From an uncultured delta proteobacterium (lineage in GTDB: Bacteria; Desulfobacterota; RBG-13-43-22): a stretch of 64,000 nucleotides of DNA. This document shows positions 9,821 to 20,171 of the stretch, piece after piece. The stretch lies in assembly GCA_963711835.1 (NCBI GenBank), contig CAVQFQ010000017.1, positions 192,001 to 256,000 of the forward strand, read 5' to 3'. The position numbers were made by a program, and so were the translations under genes. Position 1 is the first letter of the stretch. The number at the start of each line of letters is the position of its first letter. Below the pieces are notes generated by a model. The model saw only the letters and a list, made by a program, of their open reading frames with translations, searched no databases and was not told the DNA's origin.

Positions 9821-10219
9821 TCAGGGCGCAGGCTGTTGCTCGTGAATGACCTTTCTTTCATAGGCTTGCCGCATTTTTTCAAGAAGTTCGTCGATGTTAA
9901 CCGGTTTCATGATATAATCAAAAGCCCCCAATTTCATGCCCTCGATGCCGGATTCCATGGAGGCATGGCCTGTCAGGAGGATCACCTCCGTCAAGGGACT
10001 TTTCTTTTTTATTTCCCGCAGGGTTTCGATGCCGTCCAGACCGGGCATTTTAACATCCAGGACGACGACATCACAGGCCTGAGCGTCCAGCATCTCCAGT
10101 GCCCGGGATCCGCTCTCGGCACCGGATACCTTAAGGCCCCGTTTTTTTAACCGTTTGACCAGCGTCTCCAGAAAGTCATACTCATCATCCACTATCAAGG
10201 CATTGAATTCTTCGGCCAT
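9821..10219 (-). CDS. Stand-alone response regulator receiver protein
   Basis: LIVDDE, VVLDVKMPGLDG, LTGH and YIMKP motifs. Confidence 0.93.
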   Translation of the reverse strand: MAEEFNALIVDDEYDFLETLVKRLKKRGLKVSGAESGSRALEMLDAQACDVVVLDVKMPGLDGIETLREIKKKSPLTEVILLTGHASMESGIEGMKLGAFDYIMKPVNIDELLEKMRQAYERKVIHEQQPAP

Positions 10220-10235
10220 AAGCCTCCTTTTATAT

Positions 10236-11888
10236 TTAAGTTACCGGCAGGTAGATGGTAAAGGTGGTTCCATTTCCCGTATCGCTGGCCACCATGATGC
10301 GGCCGCCCAATTTTTCCACGATACTGTAGACAATGGATAAGCCCAAGCCGGTCCCCTTGCCGACCTCTTTGGTCGTAAAAAATGGATCAAAAATTTTGGT
10401 GATATTTTCCTTGGGGATACCGGGACCGTTGTCGGTGATCTCGATCATGATCTCATTGTTCTTGGGAAGATGGGTGGTCCGGATATGGATTGCCCCCCCC
10501 TTCCCAATGGCGTCAATGGCATTGTTGAGGATATTCAGAAAAACTTGTTGCAGTTGGGAAGAGTCGCTGGTGATCTTGGGCAGATCGATCTGAGGGTTCA
10601 TCTGGATCTCAATATTCCGATAGCGCGATTCATTTTCGAGGAATTCCACCGTATCGGTCAGGGTCTTATTGACGTCCACCTGCTCCTGGATAGGTTCCAT
10701 GCGCCGGGCAAACCCCAGCAGCCTATGGGTTACCTTTTTGGCTCTATCCACGTGGGCTTCGATCCTTTTGACGGCCTCTTCAAATTCTTTAAAGTTTTCA
10801 CTTTGGGCAATGTCTTCTTCGACTAAAAGGTCCTTGATCCAACCGGCTTTTTCCCCGATGACAGCCAGGGGATTATTGATTTCATGGGCGATCCCGGCGG
10901 CCATTTTACCCAGGGCGGCCATCTTACTGGACTGGATAACCAAGTCCTCGCTGACGGCTTTCTCCCGGTCGATGCGCATGACTTGGTTCATCATGGAACG
11001 GGTCGTCAGCAGGGTACCAATGACGATGATCAGGATCCCGGCCAAGAATAAGGGAATGGCGATAAAACGGGCCCGCAGCAAGGGGGTTAACTGTTCCCGG
11101 GGGTCTTCCTTGATGACCAGGATCCATTTGGTGTTTTGAATCTCCGCGGCGGCGAAGAAACTCTTTTCTCCCTCCAAACCCATCTCTTCCACCTGGGTTT
11201 CGACGACCTTGGAATAATCGGGGGTTTTAGGCTGGCTGAAAAGGTCGCCGCTGAACCGGGGAGCGGTTTGGAGAATATTTCTTTTGTTAATGATAAAGGC
11301 ATCCCCTTTTTTCCCGATCTGGGCCGCCCGGACCACGTTGTCGATTATATCGGAATTGATGGTGGCCCGAAGGATCCAGGTTTTATCGCCCTGGCGGGTC
11401 ATCACGGCAATGATGAAATGGGGGAATTTTCGAAAGCCGAGAAAAACATCGCTGATATGCACCCCTTTGGAGAGGACCGATTGGAACCAATCCTCCTTAC
11501 TGTAATTAACCCCCTTTAATTCCGGGTAGGGACCGACATAGGCCAGGTGATTGCCATGCCGGTCAATCAGGCCAATATCAATAAATGATTTTGACCGGGT
11601 TTGCATGGTATTAAAAACCTTGTTTAAATAGGCCTCGTCACTCAATTGTTTTAGGGGCGTGGTGCTGGCCAGGGTGACCAATTGGGAGACCCGTTCATCA
11701 AAAAAAAGATCCAGGGCGCCGCGCCGGTTTTCAACTAAGGTTTTAAGATTTTCGATGATCTTGGCGGTATAGGAGACGCTGAACTGGTAATAAATGGTAA
11801 GGCCTAAGGCAAAAAGGGGGATCAAGGAAAAGCCCAGGGTGGTGAAGACGATTTTCCGCCACAATTTTTTATAATATTTTTCTTCCAT
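10236..11888 (-). CDS. Membrane sensor histidine kinase (Cache-type periplasmic domain, NtrB-like core)
   Basis: Two TM helices; H-box [12 protein letters not shown]-box [33 protein letters not shown]. Confidence 0.95.
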   Translation of the reverse strand: MEEKYYKKLWRKIVFTTLGFSLIPLFALGLTIYYQFSVSYTAKIIENLKTLVENRRGALDLFFDERVSQLVTLASTTPLKQLSDEAYLNKVFNTMQTRSKSFIDIGLIDRHGNHLAYVGPYPELKGVNYSKEDWFQSVLSKGVHISDVFLGFRKFPHFIIAVMTRQGDKTWILRATINSDIIDNVVRAAQIGKKGDAFIINKRNILQTAPRFSGDLFSQPKTPDYSKVVETQVEEMGLEGEKSFFAAAEIQNTKWILVIKEDPREQLTPLLRARFIAIPLFLAGILIIVIGTLLTTRSMMNQVMRIDREKAVSEDLVIQSSKMAALGKMAAGIAHEINNPLAVIGEKAGWIKDLLVEEDIAQSENFKEFEEAVKRIEAHVDRAKKVTHRLLGFARRMEPIQEQVDVNKTLTDTVEFLENESRYRNIEIQMNPQIDLPKITSDSSQLQQVFLNILNNAIDAIGKGGAIHIRTTHLPKNNEIMIEITDNGPGIPKENITKIFDPFFTTKEVGKGTGLGLSIVYSIVEKLGGRIMVASDTGNGTTFTIYLPVT

Positions 11889-12089
11889 GTTGATCGGGAT
11901 CTCTATGTCAGCTTTTTATTTAAGGACTATTTGGGGTTTTAGCTATCAAGGAGATCTTCTCTTATTTTTTTATCATAAAAAGGAGGAAAAATCATCTTTG
12001 AAAATATCAGGGCCAGTGTGGTACTATGGTGTAATTTCCTTAAATAAGCATTTTCGTTATGGAATCCCTTTTCCAAATAACCACTTCCG

Positions 12090-12875
12090 TCACCTTTGGG
12101 AAACAAAATAACCCGGCCTGACCCCGGTTTCCATCCCAGCCGCGGCTACGGCCTGATTCTCGGAAACCTCCCGGACCGTCACCTGGCCGATGGTCTGCCC
12201 CTGGTCATCCAGAAGGAAGAGAGAAGACCCGGGTGAAAGTCCCTGGTTTCGTCCTAAACCAAAGGTGATCAACCAGACACCGTCTCCTTTCTGGACCCGA
12301 TAGATCTCTGCCTTTCTTTCCCGGGCCAAGAGGCGCTCAATTTTCTGAGAAATTAGAAAAACGGCGCCAAAGGCCGTCAAGACGAGGGCCAGCATAAACA
12401 GGGCAACAAGCCACGGGTTTAATCCCAGCAGACGACGGATCCGGGACTTTGAGTTTTTATTCAGGCTGCCTTGATCCTTGAAAACCTCTACCTGAAATCG
12501 GACCGGGGATTTGGAGGGAGGGGTCTGGAGGGCATGGACAACCACGGTGTATTTTCCAGGCTGAATGGCCGATCCCACAGCCAGCCGGCCTCGCCAGATA
12601 AGGCCTCCCAACCAGAAGCCTTTTTTTATTTCTTCGAAGGTTACCTTGAGTTCCTGGGAACTGCTGCTGTATGACAATTGTTGGGGATGCTCGATCTTTT
12701 CCGTTATCGGCCCGCTGATCTGCTGGGTCTCCCCGGGCAGGACAGCGATATTCTGTGAGGGTTCCAGAAACCGGGCCAGAAAGGCGTCCAGAAAGGCCAG
12801 AAGGAGGAAGAGACAAAGGAGGGCGGCCAGCCTCCCGACCCAGATTCTCCAATGCAGGGTTCCCTGAAGATCCAT
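12090..12875 (-). CDS. Conserved membrane protein of the DVU0146-0150-type cluster
   Basis: Two TM segments with an Ig-like periplasmic region; last gene of the co-oriented operon before the kinase. Confidence 0.7.
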   Translation of the reverse strand: MDLQGTLHWRIWVGRLAALLCLFLLLAFLDAFLARFLEPSQNIAVLPGETQQISGPITEKIEHPQQLSYSSSSQELKVTFEEIKKGFWLGGLIWRGRLAVGSAIQPGKYTVVVHALQTPPSKSPVRFQVEVFKDQGSLNKNSKSRIRRLLGLNPWLVALFMLALVLTAFGAVFLISQKIERLLARERKAEIYRVQKGDGVWLITFGLGRNQGLSPGSSLFLLDDQGQTIGQVTVREVSENQAVAAAGMETGVRPGYFVSQR

Positions 12876-12930
12876 AGTAAAACTCTTATATCAGATTCCC
12901 TACTGGAATCCAACCCGGGGAGGTTACCAG

Positions 12931-12998
12931 GTCCCTCCAAGAAGAAAATCGTCCCCGGAACAATAGAATGGACCCGGGGACGATTCTTCTTGTGGGAC
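12931..12998. other. Long intra-operon hairpin
   Basis: GTCCC..AAGAAGAAAATCGTCCCCGG pairs with CCGGGGACGATTCTTCTT..GGGAC. Confidence 0.5.
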
Positions 12999-13009
12999 GA
13001 ACTAGCGGT

Positions 13010-13621
13010 TTACTTTTTAAAGATATCGGTCTTGCTGATATTCATCAGCCTCTGGGCTTTTCCGTCCTGATGATAATAAACCCGCACCTCATCTCCGGAG
13101 TCCCAGGCTTTTGGTTCCAGGTTGATAGTTTCCTCAGGAACCGAGAAGACCACCAGAAGCTTTTGCCTGCCGGAATAGATGGTAATGGTTTTCTTTTCTT
13201 TGTCGATGACCGGGAATTTTTTGGGCTTGTCCGTTTGTTTATCATAGACCAAGGTGTCATCTTTAGCGACGTTCTTTTTCATCTCCACCAGTTGGAAGGT
13301 GATGGTTTTAAAGTTCTGGGAGGCCTTGTCAAAAATGATGATTTCGTTTTTATCCGTATCGAGCTTCATGCGATAGCCGGCCTTCGGATCCGGCCCCATT
13401 TCCCTCAGGTCTTCAGGCAAGCTATAGGTGATGGGCGGGAGATGGGTGTACTCCGGTTTACCTATATCGGCCTTCATGTCGCGAATAAAGGTTACGATCT
13501 TTTTATCTTTATCAAATTCAATGACCCGTCCCTGATCCACTTTGCCTAATTCGCTGCAACCGAGAACGAAAGCCAGCGGCAGGACAGTCATCAAAAAAGG
13601 CCAGGAATATTTTTTCCCCAT
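13010..13621 (-). CDS. DUF4881-type lipoprotein
   Basis: True start MGKKYSW after GAAGGAG; lipobox VLGC; VDQGRVIEFDK motif and C-terminal MNISKTDIFKK. Confidence 0.75.
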   Translation of the reverse strand: MGKKYSWPFLMTVLPLAFVLGCSELGKVDQGRVIEFDKDKKIVTFIRDMKADIGKPEYTHLPPITYSLPEDLREMGPDPKAGYRMKLDTDKNEIIIFDKASQNFKTITFQLVEMKKNVAKDDTLVYDKQTDKPKKFPVIDKEKKTITIYSGRQKLLVVFSVPEETINLEPKAWDSGDEVRVYYHQDGKAQRLMNISKTDIFKK

Positions 13622-13680
13622 AGGTTCTTCTCCTTCTTTCAATAACCTGAAAATGTTTTGTTTATAGGCCGGGGCCTTAT

Positions 13681-14736
13681 TTAGGCCTGGCCTTTTTTCG
13701 CTGCGATTTCCTGCTTGGCCCCTTGAAGCATCCGCACCAGAATATAGAGGGACAGGGCAGCGACCAGACCGAGAATCAGGACGGTCGAGGCGGCATCCAT
13801 AGCGACCTTCCAACTCGGAATGTATCTGGGGAGCAGTTTCATGATAACCGAGATCCCGCAGCCAATAACGGCCAACCCAAAAGCGATCCGAATCCCGTAG
13901 CCTTTTATATACTTGGTGGCCACGGTGCCGACCTGGGCCCCCATGGCGGCCCCGACCAGCATGATAACGGCGGCTAACAGCTCGGTTCGGCCCTTGTAGG
14001 TGTAGGTGGCGGCCCCGTAGAGGCCGGAAATCATGACCTCAAACAAATCCGTTCCCACGGCCACATGGGTGGGGCAGCCGACGAAGTAGATCAGGGCCGG
14101 CATGCGGATCAATCCCCCGCCGATCCCCAGGATACCGGCCAGCCAGCCGGTCAGGAAACTGACAAAAATCGGCAGCCAGACGGTGCAATAAACCTGGGCT
14201 TCTTTGAAGTGCACCATCGGAGGGATCTTGAGCTTATGCAGGGTCTTATGCCATTCGATTCCGGTGGCCAACTTATCTATCTCTTCTCCCCGGGCCCGAG
14301 ACTCCCGCTCTTTCTTTTTTTTCTTAGCCACATCGGCAAAGACCATCCAGGCGATCAGGGTCAGCAGGATGATATACATCCAGCGGACATAGAGTTCCAC
14401 TTTACCCAGACGCTCCAGCCACATGATCATTTGGGCCCCGACCTCGAAACCGACGATCGTCCCGACCAGCATGATCAGTCCCAGACGATAATCGACGTTG
14501 CCGAATTTACCGTGCCGCATGGTGGAGATGAGAGATTTCCCGGCCATGTGGGCGATATCCGTCCCGATGGCGAAGGCCATGGGGAAACCAAGGATATTCA
14601 GGCCGGGGGTAACCATCCAGGCCCCGCCCATGCCGAAAAAGCCGCCGATGATTCCGACGCCGATCCCCAGGATGATCAAACCAGGCCAGAAGATCGTCAC
14701 CCCGGAGATGGGCATGAGTATATATAACCAATCCAT
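13681..14736 (-). CDS. TauE/SafE permease (DVU0149-like)
   Basis: GFFGMGGAWMVTP, AIGTDIAH, GILGIGGGLIRMP and AVGTDLFE motifs. Confidence 0.92.
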   Translation of the reverse strand: MDWLYILMPISGVTIFWPGLIILGIGVGIIGGFFGMGGAWMVTPGLNILGFPMAFAIGTDIAHMAGKSLISTMRHGKFGNVDYRLGLIMLVGTIVGFEVGAQMIMWLERLGKVELYVRWMYIILLTLIAWMVFADVAKKKKKERESRARGEEIDKLATGIEWHKTLHKLKIPPMVHFKEAQVYCTVWLPIFVSFLTGWLAGILGIGGGLIRMPALIYFVGCPTHVAVGTDLFEVMISGLYGAATYTYKGRTELLAAVIMLVGAAMGAQVGTVATKYIKGYGIRIAFGLAVIGCGISVIMKLLPRYIPSWKVAMDAASTVLILGLVAALSLYILVRMLQGAKQEIAAKKGQA

Positions 14737-14825
14737 AGATTAACCTCCTAAAACGAAATTATGTTTTAACTCCCTCAATTCTTTTTCCTTAAGCCGATTG
14801 CCGAAGGCTGACAGACCGCAGCTAA

Positions 14826-15122
14826 TTAATGTTCGGCCAATTCCCTTGAACTCAAGTCGATGCCGATATTTCTCATTACCAGATCGGCCAAGACGCCGAA
14901 GAGCAACCCTATGACAGGTATGGATATGACTGTGACAATCGTAAAATAGAGATGGCTTTCATTATAGAGATTTGCCCACCAGGCCTCCCAGCCTGTTAAC
15001 TTGCGGGTGTCGGCCACAATCACCATAAGAGAGGCCTTTTCACCAGCGGCCAGGACCAGCTCCGGAAGAAGCAGGGTGAGCATTCCCATCCAGGCCATGA
15101 TTGATTTCCAATGTTTTTTCAT
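14826..15122 (-). CDS. DVU0150-family small membrane protein
   Basis: VIVADTR..WANLYN..GIDL..RELAEH signature; signal peptide plus one TM helix. Confidence 0.75.
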   Translation of the reverse strand: MKKHWKSIMAWMGMLTLLLPELVLAAGEKASLMVIVADTRKLTGWEAWWANLYNESHLYFTIVTVISIPVIGLLFGVLADLVMRNIGIDLSSRELAEH

Positions 15123-15138
15123 AAATCCCTCCTTTTAA

Positions 15139-15552
15139 TTAACGTATAACGGTCACGGTGCAGGGGGCCTGGGCCACTACCTTGGCGGCGGTACTTCCCA
15201 TCATGGCCCGTTTCATCCCCGTGCGGCCGGTGCTGCCCAACAGGATGCGGTCGCATTGCATCTTTATGGCCCGTTTGATGATATTATTGGCCGGCACCAG
15301 GCCTGTTTCTATGACCGTTTTTACTTTTATATTTTTTTTGTCGAAAAGGGCCTTGGCCTTATCCAAGGCCTTGAGGGCCTCGGCTTCCAGTTTATCCTGG
15401 ATGCCGGGCGGCATGTCATCGAAGTCGTCTTTGAAGAAGTAAGCCACTGACATGATGGTTACATCGGCCCCTTCATTCTCGGCCAATTCCAGGGCCCGCT
15501 TAACGGCCTTCATGGCTTGCTCCGAGCCGTCTGTTGCCACTAATATCTTCAT
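15139..15552 (-). CDS. Universal stress protein
   Basis: MKILVATDGS; LGSTGRTG..MGSTAAKVVAQAPCTV. Confidence 0.92.
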   Translation of the reverse strand: MKILVATDGSEQAMKAVKRALELAENEGADVTIMSVAYFFKDDFDDMPPGIQDKLEAEALKALDKAKALFDKKNIKVKTVIETGLVPANNIIKRAIKMQCDRILLGSTGRTGMKRAMMGSTAAKVVAQAPCTVTVIR

Positions 15553-15624
15553 AAAACCTCCTTATTAAAATTGATAAAAAGGATCATCAAGACATTTATT
15601 CCCGGTTTTCCAGAGGTTCTATAG

Positions 15625-15639
15625 GCAAAATCCATGCCA
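15625..15639 (-). promoter_or_regulatory. Sigma54 (-24/-12) promoter
   Basis: Minus strand TGGCATGGATTTTGC with exact GG-N10-GC spacing, about 70 bp upstream of the usp start. Confidence 0.8.
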
Positions 15640-15761
15640 CCTCATTATCGGGATCCTCTTCGGGCCGTTATTAAAAAATATGAAAAAAAATAAGAGGTTA
15701 GTGAAAAGGAGCCGGTCCCTGAAGTAGGGTCAACCCATAAGTTGAAACTTTTAAAGACGTG

Positions 15762-15784
15762 AGTGTCATCAAACCATAGACACT
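15762..15784. promoter_or_regulatory. Palindrome AGTGTC-N11-GACACT, candidate enhancer-binding-protein site
   Basis: Dyad about 125-145 bp upstream of the sigma54 site, with an A-tract between them. Confidence 0.45.
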
Positions 15785-16069
15785 TTAAAGGGGGCGGTGT
15801 CTCTTTAATGAACCCAGCTATTCGGTCCGGATTAGTGGCTCTTAGTCACCTTTTGGACAACTCAAAAAACAAGACCCCCAAACCCCCTTTCTTCAAAACC
15901 AAAAAAAATTTCAAATAGCTTCGATAGGTTTTTCCTTTAACTTTTTGGCTGAAGCGGGTACAGTTCATAGTAAAAGGAAAAACAAGAGGGGCAGGCCTTT
16001 CCGGGCCCAACTCCTCCTGCTCGTGGAGGCACCTTTTCAATCGATCAAACCAACAAGGAGGAATTATTA

Positions 16070-17491
16070 ATGAAGGATATTTTTTTAACCGGACCGAAAA
16101 ACCCGGTAAAAGTCCAGGACAATACCTTCCGGGATGGCCATCAATCCCTTTTGGCCACCCGGATGAAAACCGAAGATATGATACCCATTGCCGAGCAGAT
16201 GGACGAGGTGGGTTTTTGGGCCATGGAGGTCTGGGGCGGGGCGACCTTTGACACCATGCACCGCTTTCTGGAAGAGGACCCCTTTGAAAGGCTTCGGACC
16301 CTGAAAAAATACATCAAGAAAACCCCCCTGACCATGCTCCTGCGGGGGCAGAACCTGGTGGGCTACCGCAATTATGCCGATGACGTTTGTCGGCTCTTTG
16401 TGGATAAATCCTGCGAGGCCGGTATGGATGTCTTCCGTGTTTTTGACGCCCTGAACGATTTTCGAAACTTTGAAACCTGCGTAGAGCGCATCAAGGCCAA
16501 TGGCAAACATTTCCAGGCCGCCATCTGCTATTCCTTAACCGAACGCCGTCTGGGCGGGCCGGTTTTTAATATGGACTATTATGTCAACAAGGCCAAGGAA
16601 CTGGAGGCCATGGGGGCCGATACCCTGTGTATCAAAGACATGGCCGGCATTATTGCCCCCTATGACATAGCCGAACTGGTTCTGGAACTTAAAAAATATA
16701 TCAAGATACCCATTCACCTCCATACCCACTACACCAGCGGCATGGCGTCCATGACCTATTTAAAGGCCATCGAGGCCGGGGTGGATATCATCGACACCTG
16801 TCTGGCCCCTTTTGCCTTAAGGACCTCCCAACCGGCCATTGAACCGTTGGTGGCGGCCTTGAGGGGAACGTCGCGGGATCCGGAATTCGACCTGAACAAG
16901 CTCTTGGAGCTGGGAGAGCACCTGGAGTCCATTGCCCACAAGTACGGCAATTTTCTGGCCACCAATCGCCTGTCGGTCATTGACACGGCCGTTCTGGTCC
17001 ACCAGGTTCCGGGCGGGATGATCTCCAATCTGGTCAGCCAGCTTAAGGAGGCCAAGGCCCTGCACCGGTTGCAGGAGGTCTATGCCGAGGTGCCGGTGAC
17101 CCGGAAAGAATTGGGCACTGCACCGCTGGTCACCCCGACCTCACAAATCGTCGGGGTCCAGGCGGTGATGAACGTCCTCTTGGGAAAGTATAAGATGGTT
17201 ACCAACCAGGTTAAGGATCTGGTTTACGGGCTCTACGGAAAAACCCCGACCCCCATAGATCCGGAGGTCCAGAAAATCGTGCTCAAGAATTATAAGCGCG
17301 GCCAGACGCCGGTCACCGGCCGGGCCGCCGATTATCTGGAACCGGAACTGGAGGGAGCCAGAAAAAAGATCGGAACCCTGGCCAAGGATGATTACGACCT
17401 GCTGGTCTATGCCTTATACCCGACCACGGGAGAACAATTTCTAAAGAAAAAGTACGGGCTGGAAGAAAAACAGCAACAGGCCTCTGCTTAA
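16070..17491 (+). CDS. Pyruvate carboxylase subunit B / oxaloacetate decarboxylase alpha / transcarboxylase 5S-type carboxyltransferase (no biotinyl domain)
   Basis: FRDGHQSLLATRM, EVWGGATFD, IKDMAG, HTHYTSG and LVTPTSQIVG; 473 aa with no AMKM motif. Confidence 0.9.
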   Translation: MKDIFLTGPKNPVKVQDNTFRDGHQSLLATRMKTEDMIPIAEQMDEVGFWAMEVWGGATFDTMHRFLEEDPFERLRTLKKYIKKTPLTMLLRGQNLVGYRNYADDVCRLFVDKSCEAGMDVFRVFDALNDFRNFETCVERIKANGKHFQAAICYSLTERRLGGPVFNMDYYVNKAKELEAMGADTLCIKDMAGIIAPYDIAELVLELKKYIKIPIHLHTHYTSGMASMTYLKAIEAGVDIIDTCLAPFALRTSQPAIEPLVAALRGTSRDPEFDLNKLLELGEHLESIAHKYGNFLATNRLSVIDTAVLVHQVPGGMISNLVSQLKEAKALHRLQEVYAEVPVTRKELGTAPLVTPTSQIVGVQAVMNVLLGKYKMVTNQVKDLVYGLYGKTPTPIDPEVQKIVLKNYKRGQTPVTGRAADYLEPELEGARKKIGTLAKDDYDLLVYALYPTTGEQFLKKKYGLEEKQQQASA

Positions 17492-17566
17492 ACCCTGCCT
17501 TTCCCGGGATCCCTTCCCTTTTGGCAGGGGAAGGGATCCGCTAACACCTCGGGTAGACGAACCGTT

Positions 17567-19306
17567 ATGAAGACTCGATTGGCCCTCCAGAAAGAATCCC
17601 CCAAGGTCCTTCTTCTGGCCCAACTGGACCAAATCATTCCACCTGTTAGCCAGTTTTTGTTTTCTTCCGGCAAGGCCGGCACCCTTGATCTGGCCGCCCT
17701 GGGGGAGCGCTTTGAAAAAGAGTGGGAATTTCTGGATGACCATTTGACCCAGGAAGACCGGACCCTGCTCAAGGAACTCCTGCTGCCCTCCGAACCCTAT
17801 GACTTGAAGATTGTTGAGAAACTCGGCTTCCTGGAGTCTCTTTTTCCGGCCCGGGATTCGTTCCTGGTCTGCGATCTGATCATCGCCAGGATACTTAAGG
17901 AGACCGCTTCTTCTCCGGAGCTTCAGGTTTCGCCCCAATTATTTATCGAGCTGCTTAACTTTTACAATCAGAGGATTCCGGAATTCCTGATTCTGGCCGA
18001 TGTCTTGCTCCGGATTATTTGGCCGGCCGAAAACCCGGCCATCAGGCGCGCGGTAAAAACCAAGGCCTGCGCCGTCCTCATTAATCATTTCGAGATCGAG
18101 ACCCTGATTATTTATATTTCCTGCCATCCGCAGATTCCTGAAAGGGGAAAACAGATCCTCTTCCAGAGCCTGACGGCCTTTCAGAAAATATACCGTAAGT
18201 TTCTGGAGGTGCAGGAGCAGATCGGAAATAAAAATCTTATCAGCCTGAAATGGTTTGGCGAAGACTTCGACCAGCTCAAGAAGCGGGGGGAATTTCGGGA
18301 CAGCTTTTCCAACCTGGTCAACCAGTTTTTGGAAACCCTGCGCAGCAAGAAGAAAAAGGAAGCCCTTCAGGTGGGAAGATTCCTGGTCCTTCGTTTCAAT
18401 AATGAAGACATCTTGCGCATTCTTCATATGAAAATACAGGGGGGAGACCTCCGGACGAATTTTCTGCTGACGAATTTTGTCTATCGCCAGATTCATGCCA
18501 TCATGCAGGACTTCCGCCGGGGCTATATATCTCAAAAACTGGATCAGGAACTGACCCATTTTATTGCGGAGATGGAAACCGAGAGTTTTGAATCCATGCG
18601 CATGATCACCGTCGGGAAGGTGCCGGCTCCCCTCATCCTGCAAGGGTTGGTCAAGGAGATCCGTCCGCCTCAACTGGATCCCCTCCATCCTGAATTGACG
18701 GAAAAATTAACCCAGTATCATTTGACCGCCCTTTTCGATTTATATCCGGTCAGTCTCGCGGCCCAGGAAATTCTCCTGATTGTTAGTCAAATCGCCGAGA
18801 ACCTGGAGTTGAAGAAAGAAGGGCTGGTCAAATTCATTTCCTATTTGGAACGGTTGTTGAATTTTCTTCAGCAATTGGAGGAAATGGAAATTCAAATCCG
18901 CCCCGGTCCCCTTTACGGCATTATCCTGAATCCCTTCCAGATGAACTCCCTTTCCCTGATCGAGGAAGGCGCCTATTTCGCCTCCACCGGATACTGGCTG
19001 CGGACCACCATTCCCCCCAGCCTGATCCGCTGCATCAATCCCCGGTCTATTCCCAACTGCCTGGGCGTATTGGACCGCCACATTTTTTCACGGATTTCCC
19101 TGTTGACCGGGGCCTATCGGGGAACGCCCTTTGATCTCGACAGCACCAACCGCTATGACTGGGATGAAGAACCGGAAACCTGCCAGATCCGTCCGGGATA
19201 TTTCCTGGTGGACATTCCTTCGGATTTGCTCCGATCCTGGGATAAAACCCAGGCCCTCCAAAAGGAAGCCCTTCAGGAAAAAATTAAAAAGAAGGACTGG
19301 ACGTAG
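17567..19306 (+). CDS. Hypothetical helical protein, 579 aa
   Basis: Long ORF with host-like codon usage; no recognised motifs. Confidence 0.7.
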   Translation: MKTRLALQKESPKVLLLAQLDQIIPPVSQFLFSSGKAGTLDLAALGERFEKEWEFLDDHLTQEDRTLLKELLLPSEPYDLKIVEKLGFLESLFPARDSFLVCDLIIARILKETASSPELQVSPQLFIELLNFYNQRIPEFLILADVLLRIIWPAENPAIRRAVKTKACAVLINHFEIETLIIYISCHPQIPERGKQILFQSLTAFQKIYRKFLEVQEQIGNKNLISLKWFGEDFDQLKKRGEFRDSFSNLVNQFLETLRSKKKKEALQVGRFLVLRFNNEDILRILHMKIQGGDLRTNFLLTNFVYRQIHAIMQDFRRGYISQKLDQELTHFIAEMETESFESMRMITVGKVPAPLILQGLVKEIRPPQLDPLHPELTEKLTQYHLTALFDLYPVSLAAQEILLIVSQIAENLELKKEGLVKFISYLERLLNFLQQLEEMEIQIRPGPLYGIILNPFQMNSLSLIEEGAYFASTGYWLRTTIPPSLIRCINPRSIPNCLGVLDRHIFSRISLLTGAYRGTPFDLDSTNRYDWDEEPETCQIRPGYFLVDIPSDLLRSWDKTQALQKEALQEKIKKKDWT

Positions 19307-19383
19307 AAGGGGCTCAAGATATCGATTCTATCCTGAATTATTTGGATTACCTCTGAGACTGATGATAGTATATTTCTAAGGCC

Positions 19384-19690
19384 ATGCCGAAACGTCCCTT
19401 TTACAAAATAATCTTCCTGACCTTTATCCTTTTATTCCTGGCCGAATATTTGGAACCTTCGACCATTGGAGTCCGGGCGGGAGTATTTCCCCCAGGCCAT
19501 GAATCCTTCTTCGCCGGATAATAACCCCTCGGCAGGAACCGCATCTTCCATCCCCCACGCCATGATCTGGGTTGCCTCTCCGGCCGGTGAAAAGCATCTC
19601 CCGGAGTCCCCTTATCTGTCAACCTGTCAATCCTTTTCCAACCAACAGTTCCGAAAAGAAATCTATCACCCTCCCCTGTTAGCCTCTTAG
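19384..19690 (+). pseudogene. Small exported-type protein ending in IYHPP, split by a +1 frameshift in a C5 tract (about 19490)
   Basis: Frame 1 MPKRPFYKIIFLTFILLFLAEY (signal-like); frame 2 ends FRKEIYHPPLLAS; removing one C gives a 101-aa ORF. Confidence 0.4.
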
Positions 19691-19783
19691 ACACCTTTCT
19701 ATTCCTGTTCCGGAAGGAGATGTGGAGTCTTTCTCCGGGACCTCAGCCTTGCACCTTGAGAAGAATCACCGGGAGGGATTGCG

Positions 19784-19990
19784 ATGAAGCCTTTATCTTT
19801 AGCCGTCTTGATCGGCCTGTTAGTCCTTTTAGGCGGCGGGTTGATCTTCCTTTCTTTCGTTTTGTTGCAACTGATCTCCAAAGCCTGGGTGACGTTGATT
19901 ATTACCACCATAGGCTATCTGCTGATCTGGATTATCGTCCGCCTGTTAAGCCGGGACATGGCCTCCATTAAACACGGTTCGCCGGTTTGA
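19784..19990 (+). CDS. Small two-TM membrane protein
   Basis: GGAGG RBS; two hydrophobic segments. Confidence 0.6.
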   Translation: MKPLSLAVLIGLLVLLGGGLIFLSFVLLQLISKAWVTLIITTIGYLLIWIIVRLLSRDMASIKHGSPV

Positions 19991-20171
19991 AATAAGGGCT
20001 GATAGTAAATGTTATAATTAGGGCGACCATCACCTGGACCAGAGGCACTTCAACCTGCCACATCATAAAGGAACGGGTGTAAGCGGCGGATCGGGAGCCA
20101 ACTCTATTTTAGGGGAAGTCCTTTTGAAAGGGGCGGTTGAAAGACCTTGGGAAGTGTGTTATTGATGCCCT

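Noticed and set aside
13622-13813. N-terminal 64 aa of ORF 13010-13813
   Set aside because: It overlaps tauE out of frame; the real start is the RBS-preceded ATG at 13621.
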